DNA from: Fistulifera solaris
Taxonomy: Eukaryota
Direction: 5' to 3'
Assembly (NCBI GenBank): GCA_030295235.1
Contig: AP026152.1
Location: 806,001-848,469, forward strand
DNA length: 42,469 bases
A program made the translations under genes and the position numbers. Of the stretch, positions 1 to 12,309 are shown piece after piece (position 1 is the first letter of the stretch; the number at the start of each line of letters is the position of its first letter). The notes beneath the pieces were generated by a model that saw nothing but the letters and a program-made list of their open reading frames with translations, was not told where the DNA came from and did no database searches.

Positions 1-961
1 TTTGACGCGGCAATAACAATACATTTCATTTGGATGGGGATCTTCAATCATGCAGGCAAAACACGGAAGGAACCCGAAAATTTGATGCATCGCAAAATGT
101 ATTCGATAAGTAAATCAAAGTCAATCTATAAACAAGCACCTCAGAACTATGATTTCAACACTGTCGCAGGTTTGGGCAATGATGTCGAGGATAATGATTG
201 AGCCCCGGAAAATCTCCTGCCATGGTCTCTCAACATTCGGATGAAGAAATCGACTCACTTGCGGTGCTTGTATAATCGTGTCGAACCAAAGGATGCGGTT
301 ATGGAGGTCGATACTGTGTCAAGGGTTCCCCTGATCGTTCAGAATTGCGTTGTGCTTGTTTTTCTATAACGCGCAAACTATCGGTCTCTTCGCTATTCGC
401 CAATCGAAACACCGTTGGTTCGGGCGAGCGGCGCATGCCAGATGCTTCTTTGCGGCGCATGAATAAGAACAACCCATGGTGCTAAGCAATTGCAATAACG
501 AACGTCTCTGCGACCCATAAACCGGGAAAATGTGATGACGAGTGGATGTGCAACGTCCTTTGATCGAAAGCATTTTCGTATGCAGTTTCGGTGTCCAGTC
601 TCGAGTCGCGTCATCGCAGACGGTACACCGTGCGCTGTTGTCAATCAGAAACATCAGTCACAGAGGTAGGGGACAGAAACAAAAAACGTAACTTGGAGAC
701 ACTGGGCAAAGTGTTAGAAAAGAGAAAAGTCGACACTCGAAAGTTCCGGAAGTATATAATCGTTCAGAAATTATCGGCTCAAATTCGTTAGGCTTTGCCG
801 CAAGCCGCAAGCCGCAACCGCAACTCTCTCCAGCAACCAGCAATAGCCATTCGCAGACTCTATCTAAGAGAAGAAGGTATTTTCATAATTGTTTTTTGGA
901 GTTCTGAAAGTCTGAAAGCATAGCCTCTGTAGACCAAGCCGTTCTAAAACTTTGCGGTTAA

Positions 962-1013
962 TCATGACTGAAGTCCAGTCCTGGAAAATAGACCTCCACA
1001 CTTGAGGCTACAG
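962..1013 (+). repeat. Dispersed repeat family A, copy 1 (~52 bp, GACTG..CAGTC hairpin core)
   Basis: tcatgactgaagtccagtc...ccacacttgaggctacag aligns by eye to 1352-1404 (+) and 6392-6443 (-). Confidence 0.7.
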
Positions 1014-1351
1014 TAAAGTTACAGTCGACAAAGAAATGCGGAGTAGTAATTGAATGCTAGGCAACACGCAAATGAATGTAATACTTGCTAGCACCTCCAT
1101 TCATGCATTCTCAGCCATCAGCACTCAGTTTTTGTAATGTAATTAGGCGGATATTATTCAGCGACACTTCAAAACCAAAGGCATGAAAGATAATACTTTC
1201 TCCACACGACGCACGGTCAATAAACCTCGGCTTCAGTAGTTTGCTTATTAGCTAGCATGTTGACCAGTCATCAATCATCAATTGAGAATCATAGGTACTT
1301 GATCGCAGTGCACCAAGCAAATTATAATAAAAAATTAAGATTGTTCATAAC

Positions 1352-1404
1352 TCATGACTGAAATTCAGTCGTGACGAAAGGTCGCTTACACTTTGGATGT
1401 ACAG
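1352..1404 (+). repeat. Dispersed repeat family A, copy 2
   Basis: tcatgactgaaattcagtcgtgacgaaaggtcgcttacactttggatgtacag, closely matching the reverse complement of 6392-6443. Confidence 0.75.
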
Positions 1405-1538
1405 TTCTATTTCAGGCGCAAAAGATGAGCCATAATGAAATATTGCGAGAGGAGACAGATGAATGATTGTGGCGATAAAACAACGACTTCATTTGACCAG
1501 TTTTTATCACAACGATATCTTTCAGTCTTCTCTAGAGT

Positions 1539-2534
1539 ATGCGTCTCCCTGTCACTGTGCCTGTTTTTCCATTTGTGATACTTTTATCACAATTCGTTGC
1601 TTTGTCTGCGTTTAGCAGCACGAGAATACCTGAAAATGTCAAAATACTCATTCTACCCGGATTTGGGAACGATATGAGTGACTATTACTTATCGCAATAC
1701 CCCGAGGGATCGTTAGTGCAGTCGTTACGAAAACGCGGCTGGAACGAAGAGGTAATTCGTGTTTTGCCGTTACCCAAGCGCTCCGATTGGCTACAAGTAT
1801 TCTGGAAGGGAGCTTTCGATCCGCAATTTTGGGCCGGTCAAGCTCCGCCAATTCGTCCGGCTTTTGCGTGGTACTTACAACGAATTGCCAATACTATTCA
1901 AGAGATGAGAAACAGCGAAAGCGAAAGCGGCAGCGAATCGATATCGACTACTTCACCCAAAATTATTCTAATAGGTCATAGTGCAGGAGGATGGTTGGCT
2001 CGAGCGGCATTGGGATATTTAAGTCAGTCAAATGGAAAGAAGAAGCTTCTCCTGCTATTCCGCTCGAATGTATTCTCGGACTAGTCACATTAGGAGCGCC
2101 CCATCTTCCTCCGCCTCCGCAAATCATGGACATGACACGAGGTGCATTGCGGATTACAAACGAACAGTTCCCCGGGGCGTATTATCAATCATCCACAAAT
2201 GAACCCGACTCGTTGTTTTACTTGACGGTCATGGGAGACGCCGTTCGGGGTGTGCAACAAGTACGAAAGAGTCCGTGGGAGCCGACGGTGGTGTCTGGAT
2301 TCGCTTACAATTCGTACGAAGCGGTTTGTGGGCAAGCACCGGAAACAATTAACCTTGCCTGGGATCTTTCATTCTATCAATCGACCGGATCAATGGTACG
2401 GCTCCGATAACGTTATCGATTCGTGGCACGACGTCATGCTAGAGCTCGTCGGACAACAACTCGAGCAAGAGGGTAGCAACAAAAAACAGCCGTGGAACTT
2501 TGATTTTTGGAATCTACCCATCAAGATTCGGTAG
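1539..2534 (+). pseudogene. Alpha/beta-hydrolase (lipase/PGAP1-like) with signal peptide; two frame breaks
   Basis: LPGFG oxyanion-type motif, GHSAGG nucleophile elbow, LVTLGAPH and a C-terminal GIFHSIN are spread over three ORFs (1539-2084, 1991-2410, 2250-2534) with breaks near 2035 and 2340. N-terminal hydrophobic signal ends in SAF (possible plastid bipartite signal). Confidence 0.75.
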
Positions 2535-3716
2535 ATTCAATGCCATTTTTTGGATGGCAGACGTTCGCGACGCGTATGATTCACGACCATTGAGATTCGT
2601 TCCTCTTAGACTAGCTTGCTTGTTCAAGATTCTGGAGTTGTAAGATAAGAGAAGATTCACGCGATAGCAATGGTTGCCTGCTTCAGATCAAGCACCGTTC
2701 CGCTCTCTCTAAAGTACTTTTCTTTGCCTTCCTAGCTAGACTCAAGCAACCCTTGACTCCCAGAACTGTAGCTCTAGAAAGGTGTTGACTGTTGACTGGC
2801 CATTATTAGAGGTTCCAGCGAATTCGTTGCGCAACTCTGTGAGAGCCAGATTGCGGTTTGCGGCATCTGCTTTTGAAATTTACTACGAGCAGCAAGAACA
2901 ACCATGATCACGATTACCGATTACGTCTTACCTTCGTGGTCGTGTCTGGTGTCTTCGGTCGAGTGTTCATCAGCGTTTAACAACTCAAGAGAGTGCCACG
3001 AATACGTGCCAAAAAGTCGTGGGCCACAACTCAGAATTCAGAATTCATTCAGGATCCTTTCGAGTGTAGAACAAATCTGGACGTGGCAACCCGACTAATC
3101 TACATTCTGCATGATACAGCAAGCTAGATTCAACAACCTATTATAAAAATGACTACAGGCTAAGACTTGAATGATGCATCATAGACTTATTACGATCATT
3201 ACAAAAGAATGAATCACGAAACACTCAGTTTGTGAAAGCTTATGCAAGATGCGAATTGCGTGTTTAGCTCCGGCATTCGAATCTCAGACATTTATTACTC
3301 TCACTGCGTTCTCAATCATGGCCCATTCGACTTTCGAATGACCAATGACCGGAAGAAAAGATGCCACGATCGAGAATTTGTAGTCGTGATCACTCCCAAA
3401 GACACTCATCATCAGTGTTTCAGACAAAAGAAGGACATCAGGCACTAAAGGCGTACAGCATTTATCAGAGCGGATGATAGTTTGGGATTTTGGGCCCAAT
3501 TAGTCAAATCTAGCACGTATCAGCAACCTTGCACCTTGCAGCAACCATGCCATAAAGAATCTGTAAGATTCACGATTGAGCGGCGGATCGTTCGGCCTTC
3601 ATTGGCCAGCCAAACTGGATTACACGTTCTTGGCTCTTAAGACTTGCTGGTTAGAGAATTATCACCATTTTTTCATTTGACCGACTCTCAAGTCAAACAG
3701 AACACAAGGTCGCATC

Positions 3717-4368
3717 ATGTTCCTGGTAAGCAACTCGGTTGCCACCACAACCAAGAAGATCGGCATTGAGCAAAAACGCCGTGATGAGAAGATCAAAAGC
3801 AAAATAGTCAATTCGAAGGCAAAATGGTCCAAGGATATAACCTACACCGACAGCGAATCGCTCCGATCAGGGGGGTTCGGAGAGCCTATCGATCACGAAG
3901 AGAAGCGCCTCCATCAAGTCGGGTTCACCTCGAGAAGAGTCGGATGGATGTGAAAGAGTTACGAAAGAAATGAGAGCAAAGGCATACGCCATCGCGTTCA
4001 TTGAAGGTCAGCTCGACAAGTACCATGCTGATATTGAGACATGCACCAAGAGATACGAGGCTTGCAAGCAAATCATTTTAGCAAGAATGCAGAGTCGCTC
4101 GGCTGTTGGGATCATCCTCGCCATTAATGAATACAAGAAGCTTTTGGCCAAAGAAGCAACCGCAAGAAGAGTCGTTGAGCAGCTGGAGTCGCTTTTGTCG
4201 GAAGTTGTGGACTGCATCGAGCTTCCTGGAACAATTGCACAATACAAAGCCAAGGCGAAGGAAATTGTCGAGGAAGCGCCGGTTGACCCTGAAACCTTGC
4301 CGCTGGCGGGCGTAACAGGAAAGATGGTGTCAGATGAACTAGCGAAGCTCGGCATCGCTCGAAACTAG
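3717..4368 (+). CDS. Hypothetical helical/coiled-coil protein (~216 aa), paralogue of 10326-10976; one extra G at ~3870-3875
   Basis: Span is 652 nt versus 651 nt for the intact paralogue. Removing one G from the G6 run restores a colinear frame (LRSGGSESLSITKRSASIKSGSPREESDGCERVTKEMRAK). Confidence 0.8.
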
Positions 4369-5160
4369 AGACACCCGGCGATGAATCAATGTTCATATTA
4401 AGTCTTTCTATACTTGTAAACAATTACTCTTTCAAACTAATTTATTTCTCAAATGCTTGAATTCATTTCACCAATTTGTGAACGCATTATCACGATGTTG
4501 GCCTCCTTACTAGTAGTCCGTACTTTATCATACCTCAAACCTCATTGCTCATGTTCATGCTCATGGACCATGGACAGATCGCAGGATCGCAGGGCTGTAG
4601 AAGGCACAAGACACAACTCAAAACTAAATGCCTCTCTCCGTCCCCGGTCTCCGTCTTGGTGCGGTTATTAAGGTTGAAGGTTGATAGTCTACGTTCTACG
4701 TGGGCACGGTCACAGTCACAGGTCACAATTTCATTCACAATAGTTGCTGTGTTGCTGTTGATCATTGAGGATGGGGTTTAGGAGTTACCCGGGTCTCATT
4801 TTGTGATTCCCAATCACGCTTAAAGCTGAGGGCGATGACGTAACGCGCATCATCAGCTTGAGCGAATGAATACTGTGACTTGAAACTGTACTCAATAAAG
4901 ATGTCAGTTGTTCTTTGACCGAGATTTTCTGACAAGACTACATTAACCAGTATAGTGACATCGGAAACGGAAGATGGTGTTTGGTGTTTCGTCCTTTTCT
5001 CCGTCCGCCGTGAACTTCTCGCTTGCGCACGCATTTTCCCATTGCATTCCACTAATAAATCTGCTTGTCGGTTCTGATCATTCTTTTCATTCGATTGACA
5101 GAAGCGAATTCATTTATGAACTTTTTCATACTCAGAATAATACGCTGTAACAATTTTACG

Positions 5161-5876
5161 ATGAACGACTTCGAAACGATGAACAATCCATATCGTGCCG
5201 CCATTTACCTGAATAATGTTTCCGTCACCCTTTCTGTGCTCTTCAAGCACTGAATACACTGAGAGATGCTGTTCAGATCGTGTCCAGTCTTTGCTCTAGA
5301 GATCTACCCGAGTCATCTCTTGTGAACGCTACATTAGTGAAAGCCGCACAACGGCTCGCAAATCCTATCACCGATGATCCCCCCTTTTCGACGAAGGAGG
5401 TTACAGTAATCGCCGAAGACACGCTGGTGTATTCGAACTTCAAATTTGCTCTTCACGGTTACTATGTTGTTCATATCGACAGCCTCGATCAGTCAAGGGG
5501 TTGTTACGACCAAGATCAGGCGATCGAGTGTGCCACAATTCTTTATAACTTGGGCATGACTTACGAGCTAGTCAACAAGCAATGCCCAATCGAAGCGCTT
5601 GTTAGTTTCTCTTTGGCGTATTCACTGCTAGAGCCAACGATACAAAAATGGCTCGAGGGCACTTTACCACAAGACAAAAATCGCATCGATGAATGCGACT
5701 GGTGTCGCATCTTACTGGTCGGATTTCTTTCTTTGCAGAAACTGAAAGAGTATGCGTTACAAATAGGGATTGACGAGAATCACGCCACCAGTATCCTGGA
5801 AATTATGGAGTTTGCTATCATCTTGTTTCAGAGGACGGATAGTACAGTGGGCGAAGTGGTAGCTGCAGCCGCTTGA
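5161..5876 (+). CDS. Hypothetical helical (TPR-like) protein, frame break near 5230
   Basis: N-terminal AAIYLNNVSVTL continues in another frame as CALQALNTLRDAVQIV; internal ATILYNLG motif; C-terminal AAAA end. Confidence 0.6.
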
Positions 5877-6391
5877 CGTTCACAACATTGCTGGTTAATG
5901 GTAAGTACAAATGTATTTGTTGCGCTTGCTAGCTCTTGCTCACCGGTTGTTTTGAAAGAGGCACATTACCAGCTTTGAATGAGGAGGCCTCATGTCGAAC
6001 GCAATGTTATTCAAATCACAGCGAAACACGGTAAGAAAACTATTGCATTTGTGTTGTACGTAGAACTTTTGTAAGCATATAAACATTCGTTAAAATACAA
6101 CTTTTCACTATAACAATCAAGTAATTAGTGTTGTTCCGGGATATGAGTTGTTTTCGAATCACGACGCTCTTCGATATCATGTTATCTTGCGAGAAGAAGA
6201 GCGTTCCGAATTCCGACCTCATTCCAGTTGTGTCATCCCAATGCTTGTTCGCTTTGCAAACTGAGACACCTTTATCCTTGCGGTCATAGCAATGCAAACG
6301 CTTTCAACAGGAATTGCATTGCACGCTTTGAATGTTGATGTTGAAAATATCTTTTCGATAACGAATAAATAATATCCTTTTACACGATTTA

Positions 6392-6443
6392 GTATAGTCT
6401 CAAAGTGTAGGCGACCTTTTATCCGACTGCATTTCAGTCATGA
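6392..6443 (-). repeat. Dispersed repeat family A, copy 3 (inverted)
   Basis: Reverse complement tcatgactgaaatgcagtcggataaaaggtcgcctacactttgagactatac matches 1352-1404; a more diverged copy may lie at ~6630-6682. Confidence 0.75.
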
Positions 6444-6799
6444 ATGCGTTATCTTACGAGCCAGCATTTGCAACCTGATATCTCCGTTCCGGCCTGTCCA
6501 TTTGTACTAATGAAATGTGATAAAAGCCACATCTGTATGTCTGTCAATGAAATTATCGTCAGCGGCGTTTGAAATACACTATACACTCCATGAATGTTTA
6601 TGCCGAAGATGTTCGTGGAATTCATGAAGTTTACACTCAACTGTAGGGGGGAGTCACGACTGGTTTTCTTCGCAGTCACGAAACACATAAAGTCGTTGGC
6701 GGCGACAACAAAACACTTCCCTGATACTACATACTACTCTTTCAAACTACTTTCATAGTACTGGTACAGTAACTATTTATTAACTCAGTGAGCAACGCA

Positions 6800-8297
6800 A
6801 TGAGCAACGAAGGAGAAGAGCCACAACCGTCCTCGTCCTCGGAATCGCAACCGATCGTTGCCGATCCGTCGCAACAAAGCACATGGCCTATTTACAGGAT
6901 GCGGGAGACACCGCAGCATCTGCGAGATCTCTATTCAAGTGAACAAGCGACTCCTATTGTGTTGAAAAGGAAAAATGGAGTCCTTCTGTATCTGTGGCAT
7001 CGTTATTAAACGACACAAACGCGTAGGAGCGAGTTCAAGATGAGCTAAGCCTGGGGGCTCAATAACATGTTCATTCATTGCGATATTATAGGTCGCTCGA
7101 AAGAAGCTATCTTCGAAACCGTTAAGATGATCTGGGATTTACCAGCCACGGGTGTAGAAAGGATTTCTACTTACAGCGAAACTGCATGTTCACCGGACGA
7201 TCTACTTCGTTTGTTTCAGACAAAATATCCTGATGAATCGATGGAGTTGTGGTTGATGTTAAGGTCAGATGAAGAATATGCTCATGTCGAGCGACATTCA
7301 AATGGTTATTCCATGTATTACGATGGGAATGATCTTGAAAGGTTTATAAGCGGCATCAGTGAGATGCCAAATGTTCGGGAAATTTACTTTAACCATATGA
7401 AATTTAAACTCCCCCTCGAACTGACACGAAAAGCGCTCTCAACACCGGTTCATTCGATACGCATCTGTCTTGATGATAAAGACTTACAAGGACATGATTT
7501 CAGATCAGTGAACATTGTGGCGAAAGAAGTTTCTTTTGTAGTCTTAGCAGACTGCCTTTTTCCGAGGCAACTAACGGCTAACCTTCTCCGCCAAATGGGA
7601 CGCTCGGGGCAGTTAGAAAGCATGGACTTTGCGTTTTGCTGGAATCGTCGACCCCAGAATTGCAGAAGATGTCGTGACAGAGCTTATCAGGATTATTGAA
7701 ACAAACCAAAATCTTAGAGTGGTGAAATTGCGATCTCGAACGTTCAAAGTCTGTTGGGGCAATCACGCCGAGAAGATTTTGGCTGCAATGAAACGGAATC
7801 GAGGACTGTGTTCTGTCAACATGGATGCAGAATATAAGAGACATTATGTGTTTCCCATTGATATCGATCCAGAGATTAATCGGCGCTTCCTTGTATTTAA
7901 TCGCATCTTTCGTCTTACCCAAGAACCTCAGTCAGCTCGACAGCCATTGCTGGTACTTGTGCTCAACCGGAAAATGAGAGATAAATTTCGAAGCCATGCG
8001 TCGCTGTTGGAGCAACATACCGATACTCTCTGCGAGCTACTTCAGGAATCCTTGGGTAGTTCGCTAGTCGTCGCGAATCAGAGCTTGGGCGACGCTACCT
8101 CAACATCGATTTCTGACATACCAGCACCTATGAAGAAAGCGCGGCAAAGGATCAGGATACAACCAGCAAGGACTGCAAAGACACAAGAATCAACTCGTGA
8201 GCAGCTGACTGCAGGTTCACGAGGTATCACCGCGACGACTCGTAAACGAATCACTCGAAAACAACCCGCGCGAGCCGCAAAGCGTCGAAGACGATAG
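6800..8297 (+). pseudogene. Large hypothetical protein (possibly degenerate LRR/RNI-like) with basic C-terminal tail; several frame breaks
   Basis: ORFs 6788-7009, 7067-7699 and 7629-8297 are colinear with a paralogue at 12310-13554 (STWPIYRM/STWSFYRM, WGNHAEKILAAMK/WEGHAKEVLAAMK, HTDTLCELLQ/HVDTLCEILQ). Confidence 0.65.
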
Positions 8298-9500
8298 ATA
8301 GCACGATGTTCCCTCGTAACGATTTTGTATCAGTAGTAGCAATATATAACTAGTTGTTCCCAAATCAATGATACGGTTCGAGGTAATGCAATCTTTTGTC
8401 AATTTTGTGATTGTACGTGTATCGATAGGAACAGTCAAGAGTTGTTCAGTATTAATAACGGTGATTGGGTAGAACAGAATCCGATAGCTCTAGGTCAGCC
8501 AACGCATGTGAGGAAAGCTGCGTAGTGTAGCAACTGTGATATTTTCCGCAGGAATTACGTATTGCTTTGTCAAGGACAAATTGAATTTGAATCTGATAAA
8601 GAATTCCGAAAAGTACCGCACCCATCGAAGTTGAGACGCCGCAGCAACGATTTGCAAGTAGGATGCCAATTTCTTCCCTGATAAATCGGCTCCAGTTTGC
8701 ACGCTACTGAAGTAAGTCGAGAAACTGACGTTGTCGCTTCTCAAATGATTTTGAGCGCTTGTATACCGAACGCAGAACTATGAGAAGTCAGCATCGACGC
8801 TCTAGTGAAATGTATTCGAGCGCTAAAAACGACCCCCAAATTGAACCGTCTACCATCTCTTGATGAAGTAGCCATTGTTTTTATCTCGGCATTGAAAGGA
8901 CCATTCTCTTCCGCAGTACGTTGGAATTGTTCATTGCTGCTTCGCCCTCCGGGTAAGCAAAATAATCATCATCCTTACGATAATGACGATAATAAAGACG
9001 TGGGAATGTGAACTGACGCGCGGGGCCCAAACCATTTCGTGACGACGTCGAGAATTTTGCGATTCTACTCGAGCCAGACAACGCCATGATCACCTCGCTG
9101 TAAGCATCAACAAGAGGAGCGCGCGTCGATGATCATTCATTGTTAAGTCAGATATCCTGTTGACCATTATTGATTGACTGCCTGACCAGATTAGCCGCCA
9201 TTGTCATTCTGGCAAAATTTTTTTATTAATAAAATTTTTTGCTCCGCGTTCGCGATAATAAAGTCGGTCAGTTGTCTTCCGAATTTTACTATAAACCAAT
9301 GTGTTAGTTTACGCAAAAACTTATACCAGTGCGACTCGCGGCGGTACCATTAGTTGTTGTTCGTCTCTATCCATTTTTCGACTATGTTTGACTGCAATGC
9401 CATGATACAATGAACCAACATCGCTCATTCGCATCGATAAGCAATGTTCACAGTCCATTCGAAATCGAAACGCAAAAAAGTGCTAAGATAGAACGCACCA

Positions 9501-9565
9501 AATGTCTACGTGAAATTCACGTAGGCCTTGTAGGAATTTTATCGATGTAGGTAGCATTGGGCACT
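9501..9565 (+). repeat. Dispersed repeat family B, copy 1 (palindromic ACGT core)
   Basis: aatgtCTACGTGAAaTTCACGTAGgccttgtaggaattttatcgatgtaggta; perfect palindrome with 9-bp arms at 9506-9524. Confidence 0.75.
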
Positions 9566-9719
9566 CTAGCGAGTTCGACCTCATCCATTTCACGGGTCCG
9601 ACAGCGACAAATTTCATCAGAAAATTCCTCATCATAGCTTCATAATCACAATGAGCAAGCCTCGACATTCATTGGAACGCCAAAATATGAAAAAAGCCAA
9701 CAGAGGCAGTGTTGCTGAA

Positions 9720-9786
9720 AATGTCTACGTCCATTTCACGTAGGCCCCGTAGGAAAATTTATCAACAGAGGGGGCACCCGGATATT
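9720..9786 (+). repeat. Dispersed repeat family B, copy 2
   Basis: aatgtctacgtccatttcacgtaggccccgtaggaaaatttatcaacagagggggcacccggatat. Confidence 0.75.
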
Positions 9787-10325
9787 ATGAAATTCGACAT
9801 CGCAATTTCGCAATCGTCGGCCAAGCAACATGAATCTAAACGGTAAGCAAGGAAGGCAACAAATAAAAGCCAATTCGCTGTTGCAAGCGACTCAAACTTA
9901 CAGGAGGGTATTATTTACTGAGTCAAACTATCATCGACATGAATACTGGTAAGGTTATAACAAAGCCGTGCGCCCACTAAAGTTAAAATACTACTGTATC
10001 GTTAAGGTTAACGATGCAGCTTCCTTCGGAACAAAACGAATAATGCGCAAAAAGACGTCCGAACTTTTTTTTGATTGAACGTGATACGAAAGATACAGTA
10101 TGGATGATAACAAAAGCGGCCAGGAAGTCGAACAAACAGCTTAAGATGAGAACTGACTTGCGAAATAGACTGGTGAAGACGATTGCGCAAAGTCGGCGCG
10201 GCACCCACCTGTGACCAAGAGAAGGATAACAACTCGCTTTGTCAATAACTTAAGCTACGGAGTAATGCAACAAGAACGATTTACGTAACATATTTACATG
10301 TAATCAACGAATTACGTCTACGCCT

Positions 10326-10976
10326 CTAGTTGCGTGAGATCACGAGCTTTGTGAGCTCATCAGACACCATCTTCGATGTCACTCCTGTCAAAGGCAGCGT
10401 TTCTGGATCGACAGGCGCTTCGTTGACAATTTCCATTGCCTTGGCTTTGTATTGTGCAACTGTTCCGTGAAGCTCAATGCAATCCAAGACCTCCGACAGA
10501 AGAGACTCCAGCTGGTCGACGACTCTTCTTGCGGTGGCTTCCGCTGCTAGAAGCTTCTTGTACTCATTGATGGCGAGGATGATCCCAACGGCTGAGCGTC
10601 TCTCTAGTCGGATCAGAATAACCTGCTTGCAAGCGTCATACGATTTCACCACCAGATCAATGTCAGCTTGGTACTTCTCAAACTGATTTTCAATGAACGC
10701 GATTGCGAAAGCCTTTTCTCTCATCTCCTTCGTGACTTTCTCACAATCGCTATACTTTTCTCGAAGTGAACCAGACTTGAGGGAGGTATTCTTCTTCAAA
10801 ACCGAATAGGAATCGGAACCACTCGATCGAAAGGACTCGCTGTCGGAGATAGAAGGATCCTTGGACCATTTTGCTTTCGATCTCGATATCTTATTCTTGA
10901 TCTTGTCGTCGCGGTATTTCTGCTCAATACCGATATTTCTGGTTGTATTGGCAACTGAATGGCTGAGGATGAACAT
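10326..10976 (-). CDS. Hypothetical helical/coiled-coil protein (216 aa), intact inverted paralogue of 3717-4368
   Basis: Open frame. The start MFILSHSVA is chosen by alignment with MFLVSNSVA of the paralogue; long near-identical blocks (SAVGIILAINEYKKLLA, EAPVDPETLPL). Confidence 0.85.
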   Translation of the reverse strand: MFILSHSVANTTRNIGIEQKYRDDKIKNKISRSKAKWSKDPSISDSESFRSSGSDSYSVLKKNTSLKSGSLREKYSDCEKVTKEMREKAFAIAFIENQFEKYQADIDLVVKSYDACKQVILIRLERRSAVGIILAINEYKKLLAAEATARRVVDQLESLLSEVLDCIELHGTVAQYKAKAMEIVNEAPVDPETLPLTGVTSKMVSDELTKLVISRN

Positions 10977-12147
10977 GTTGCAACTGGCACGCTCTCTTGG
11001 TTGACGCAGAGGAGATAATTCAAATTTATGAGCAGGAGCACTTGAGATTCGAAAGGAAGGCCCAAGCAACAAGTTACGAAGAAAAAAGTGTTTCGTAATT
11101 CGTAAGAATGATTTGACGAACAATAATGTACAGTAGAATGAATCTGGTTGATTCCCAGCATCGCTGAAGTACATGCTTGAAGTTCAAATCACACTTGGAA
11201 ACAAATAATGTAAAGATAGAAAATCTTCATCCTTAGATTTTTGATTGTCTGTTGTCCATCACCCTTTTGTCTATTCGATCTTTGATAAAAAAGCGTGAAC
11301 CATAATCCGTGCATCAACTGAGTCAGCCTACATCGTCCTCCACACAAAGCAACAGCTGAATCAACCTGAATCTTGAAACTTCGATGGGTAAGTTTTTCGG
11401 GCGTCTTCTTCTCAATAGAGACTTTGTCTTTTGTCTTTGTCTCTGGTCACTAGTCAATTAACATTTATGGCTATTAATGGGTCACTTGGACATTTTCAGA
11501 AGTTAGTCCCTGATAATACTCCGTACATTGTACATTGCACTTCTTGATACTTGGCACTTGGCAGTCCTTAACCGTTTTGAGCTTCCCATCCTAAGCTTTT
11601 TTATGTTCGTGATTGCACTACAGACAAGATTTTTATTTAGGGTCTAGGGAGCGTGTTAGGCACGGGGCTTGTGACGTGAGGCGTGAGGCGTGTGGCTTGT
11701 CGTTTGTGGTTTATTTTTGTGGTTTCGGGCTTGTTGCTTGAGTGGCAACTTGAGTCTTAGGGTGGCGTCGAAAGCAAGGTCGAAAGGACAAGAGCTCCTA
11801 ACGAGGCTTGAAACTTTTGAATGTTGAAAGGATAGGGCCTATTTGCAAGATTCTTGAGCTCGTGGTCGAGCAAGCACTCTGGGGTTTTCAAGTCAAAAGA
11901 ATTCATCAATTATCAATCATCACCGGATCAATGATCCCAGAGCCCAGCTTCAATTGACTAGCCCGATCACAAATACCCACCATGTACATACATTCCTTGG
12001 CCTCGTAACTCAAGCTACTAGAGACACAGAAAATATAGTAAGGTGTTTTCCTTTTCGAAACGAAGGACGATCAATTTGTGAGCAAGCTAGGGATTACACT
12101 TCAACTCTTGTTTAGAAATGCAGGGTAAGATGCAGGGAAACAACACC

Positions 12148-12212
12148 ATATCCGGGTTCGCCTCTGTCGATAAATTTCCCCAAGGAAAGCTACGTGAGAC
12201 TACGTAGACATT
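12148..12212 (-). repeat. Dispersed repeat family B, copy 3 (inverted relative to copies 1 and 2)
   Basis: Reverse complement aatgtctacgtagtctcacgtagctttccttggggaaatttatcgacagaggcgaacccggatat aligns to 9720-9786. Confidence 0.7.
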
Positions 12213-12309
12213 CGAAGCGCTGCGTTTCAATTTTTTCATGCGTTATTTTTCCACGAAGGTCGTAAAGCTTTCACGCAGTCAATCATATTTAAAGCATTCC
12301 TTGAAAGGA

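Noticed and set aside
1..850. Short ORFs and a gccgcaa microsatellite (~797-823) at the window start
   Set aside because: No recognisable protein motif; may be a gene fragment running off the window, but this is unsupported
11400..12000. Intergenic tract with many micro-duplications (cgtgagg, cttggca, tacattg); similar texture at 4540-4740
   Set aside because: No consistent unit, boundaries or second copy identified; treated as low-complexity DNA
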